From Candidatus Spongiisociaceae bacterium (GTDB lineage: Bacteria; Actinomycetota; Acidimicrobiia; Spongiisociales; Spongiisociaceae), in contig OZ253564.1 in NCBI GenBank assembly GCA_965262915.1, forward strand, positions 480,001 through 544,000: a stretch of 64,000 nt of DNA, read 5' to 3'. A program made the position numbers and the translations under genes. The notes under the pieces were generated by a model, which was not told the DNA's origin, made no database searches, and worked only from the letters and a program-made list of their open reading frames with translations. Below, piece by piece: positions 62,167-64,000 of this stretch; the stretch's first letter is position 1; each line of letters starts with the position of its first letter.

Positions 62167-63399
62167 ATGGCGGAGCAAGTTAGGGCCGATGGGGTAGGTG
62201 TGGTTGGCGGGGTGGACACACATCGGGATTTCCACGTTGGGGCGGTGGTGGATGGCGCGGGTCGCCTGTTGGGATCCGATCAGTTCGGCGCTGATACCTC
62301 CGGTTATGCCCAACTGGTCGCCTGGATGGAGTCGTGGGGTCGGATCACACGGGTCGGGGTGGAAGGAACGGGCAGCTACGGCGCTGGGCTCACACGTCAT
62401 CTTGCCGAGGCGGGTATCGGTGTGGTGGAGGTGAACCGTCCCAACCGCCAGCTTCGCCGGCGGCGGGGCAAGGATGACACCACCGACGCCGAAGCAGCAG
62501 CCCGGGCTGCTCTCAACGGTGAAGCGACCGCCCTACCCAAGACGGGCGACGGACCGGTAGAAGCCACCAGGATGCTGCGGGTAGTTCGCCGCTCCGCGGT
62601 CAAAGCCCGCACCCAGGCCGCCAACCAGCTGCACGCTCTGGTAGTAACCGCTCCTGAGCAGGTCAAACACCAACTCCGGGATCTCCCGACCCGGACACAG
62701 GTCAAGGTCTGTGCCCGCTTCCGTCCGGGCACAGCGCAGACCACTGCGGCATACGCCAAGCGGGCACTGCGGCTTCTAGCCCGCCGATACCAGAATCTAG
62801 ACACCGAGATCACACAGGTCGACAAACAGATCCGCGGTCTCTGCGCACGGGCCAACCCTGCGTTGCTGGCCGCCTACGGAGTAGGACCCGACACCGCCGC
62901 TGCTCTGCTGGTCGCTGCTGGTGACAACCCACGACGTATGAACTCAGAAGCAGCCTTCGCGGCCCTCTGCGGTGTCAGCCCCGTAGCCGCATCATCGGGA
63001 CGGATAGTGCGGCACCGTCTCAACCGAGGCGGCAACCGCCAAGCAAACAACGCGCTATGGCGGATCGCTACCAACCGAATGCGCACCGACGCTGCCACCA
63101 AAGAATATGTCACCAGACGCGAAGCGGAAGGAAAAACCCACACCGAAATAATCCGCTGCCTGAAACGCCACATCGCCCGCGAGATATACCACCTCCTCAC
63201 CGACCCGCCCCCAACACCCCACGGAACCGACCTACGCCACCGCCGAACCCAAGCCCGAATCACCCTCACCCGCGCCGCCCACCACCTCGACACGCAGCCC
63301 ACCGTCCTATCACAACTCGAACGAGGCCTCCACCACAACCACCACCTCGCTACCCGATACCAACACTGGCTCACCCAACAACCGATTTGCAAAACATAG
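62167..63399 (+). CDS. IS110 recombinase with C-terminal XRE-like HTH
   Basis: GGVDTH, VEGTGSYG, KDDTTDA, ASSG, GGNRQAN; tail ITLTRAAHHL..VLSQLERG. Confidence 0.93.
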   Translation: MAEQVRADGVGVVGGVDTHRDFHVGAVVDGAGRLLGSDQFGADTSGYAQLVAWMESWGRITRVGVEGTGSYGAGLTRHLAEAGIGVVEVNRPNRQLRRRRGKDDTTDAEAAARAALNGEATALPKTGDGPVEATRMLRVVRRSAVKARTQAANQLHALVVTAPEQVKHQLRDLPTRTQVKVCARFRPGTAQTTAAYAKRALRLLARRYQNLDTEITQVDKQIRGLCARANPALLAAYGVGPDTAAALLVAAGDNPRRMNSEAAFAALCGVSPVAASSGRIVRHRLNRGGNRQANNALWRIATNRMRTDAATKEYVTRREAEGKTHTEIIRCLKRHIAREIYHLLTDPPPTPHGTDLRHRRTQARITLTRAAHHLDTQPTVLSQLERGLHHNHHLATRYQHWLTQQPICKT

Positions 63400-63498
63400 G
63401 AGCATCGTGGGTTGGGTGGGGTGAAATCCTTGGAATGGGGGTGAGGCCCCGCTGGAATCGGTGAATAGCCAACATCGCCGATCCAGGGAGAGGCCTCG

Positions 63499-64000
63499 AT
63501 GTCTGATGTTATGCAAGTACGGCTGCACCTGTCGGGTGTTCGCGTGATGAGAGTGCTGGTCGACTCTGTTGAGCGTCTTGAGGTTGAAGTCGAATCGGCT
63601 CGGGAGTGGTCGCGGTGCCGCCATTGCGGGTTCCGCTGCTATCGGGTGTGGGACCGACGGCCCAAGAGGGTTCGTGACCTGGGGGTGAGCGGCCGCCGCA
63701 CCACGCTGGTGTGGCGGCGACGCCGGTTCGAATGTGGGAACTGTGGCGAGCGGCACCTCGAGGACCACGACCAGTTCGAAGCTGGCCTAACCCGCCGGTT
63801 CGCCCGTCGCCTGGTGGCGGATGCAACGGTGATGTCGATTCGGGCAGCGTCCCGCCATCATGGGGTGGGGTGGCATCGGATCATGGGCCTTGTCCGCGCG
63901 GAGGCGGCTCAGGTGGCGCAGCGTCGCCGGGCCCGGCCGTGTCGTGTGCTGTTGGTCGACGAAACGTCGATACGGCGCCGTCACCGGTATGTGACCGTGG
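63499..64000 (+). CDS. ISL3 transposase (5' part, runs off window)
   Basis: CRHCG..VRDL..RRRFECGNC, LLVDETS. Confidence 0.9.
   Translation, partial: MSDVMQVRLHLSGVRVMRVLVDSVERLEVEVESAREWSRCRHCGFRCYRVWDRRPKRVRDLGVSGRRTTLVWRRRRFECGNCGERHLEDHDQFEAGLTRRFARRLVADATVMSIRAASRHHGVGWHRIMGLVRAEAAQVAQRRRARPCRVLLVDETSIRRRHRYVTV

Overview
High-GC actinobacterial DNA. The gene repertoire (xsc, F420-type LLM, Thr/Glu-repeat ABC lipoprotein, MobF relaxase) suggests an Acidimicrobiia-like, possibly host-associated organism (inference). The window has three parts. (1) 1-2963: apparently the right end of a tRNA-integrated island, with ISL3, IS630, a broken SLH gene and a tRNA-3'-like att remnant. (2) ~3.4-24.3 kb: a metabolic region with an AtzA/TriA-like amidohydrolase plus SnoaL protein, xsc next to a Mo-oxidoreductase/4Fe-4S-NrfD/TorD-like operon, adenosine deaminase, a sugar ABC transporter, a PEP-hydrolase/Tm-1 pair and an LLM. 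(3) From tRNA-Ile(GAT) at 24340 to the window end: an integrative mobilizable island. It carries a P4-like integrase, a MobF relaxase-helicase-primase fusion with a separate divergent CHC2-primase gene, defence cargo (DUF2971, GIY-YIG/helicase R-M, Cap4-NTPase, Dcm-GHKL-methyltransferase, HigBA, MNT-HepT) and nested IS3/IS30/ISL3/IS110. The most striking non-coding structure is a loxP-like direct-repeat pair flanking a 4.45-kb TA+defence cassette beside a tyrosine recombinase, and a dispersed family of dif-like sites and CAGCGG hairpins that punctuate the cargo genes. Many frameshifts could be pseudogenisation or long-read errors. All family calls come from recalled motifs, not database searches.
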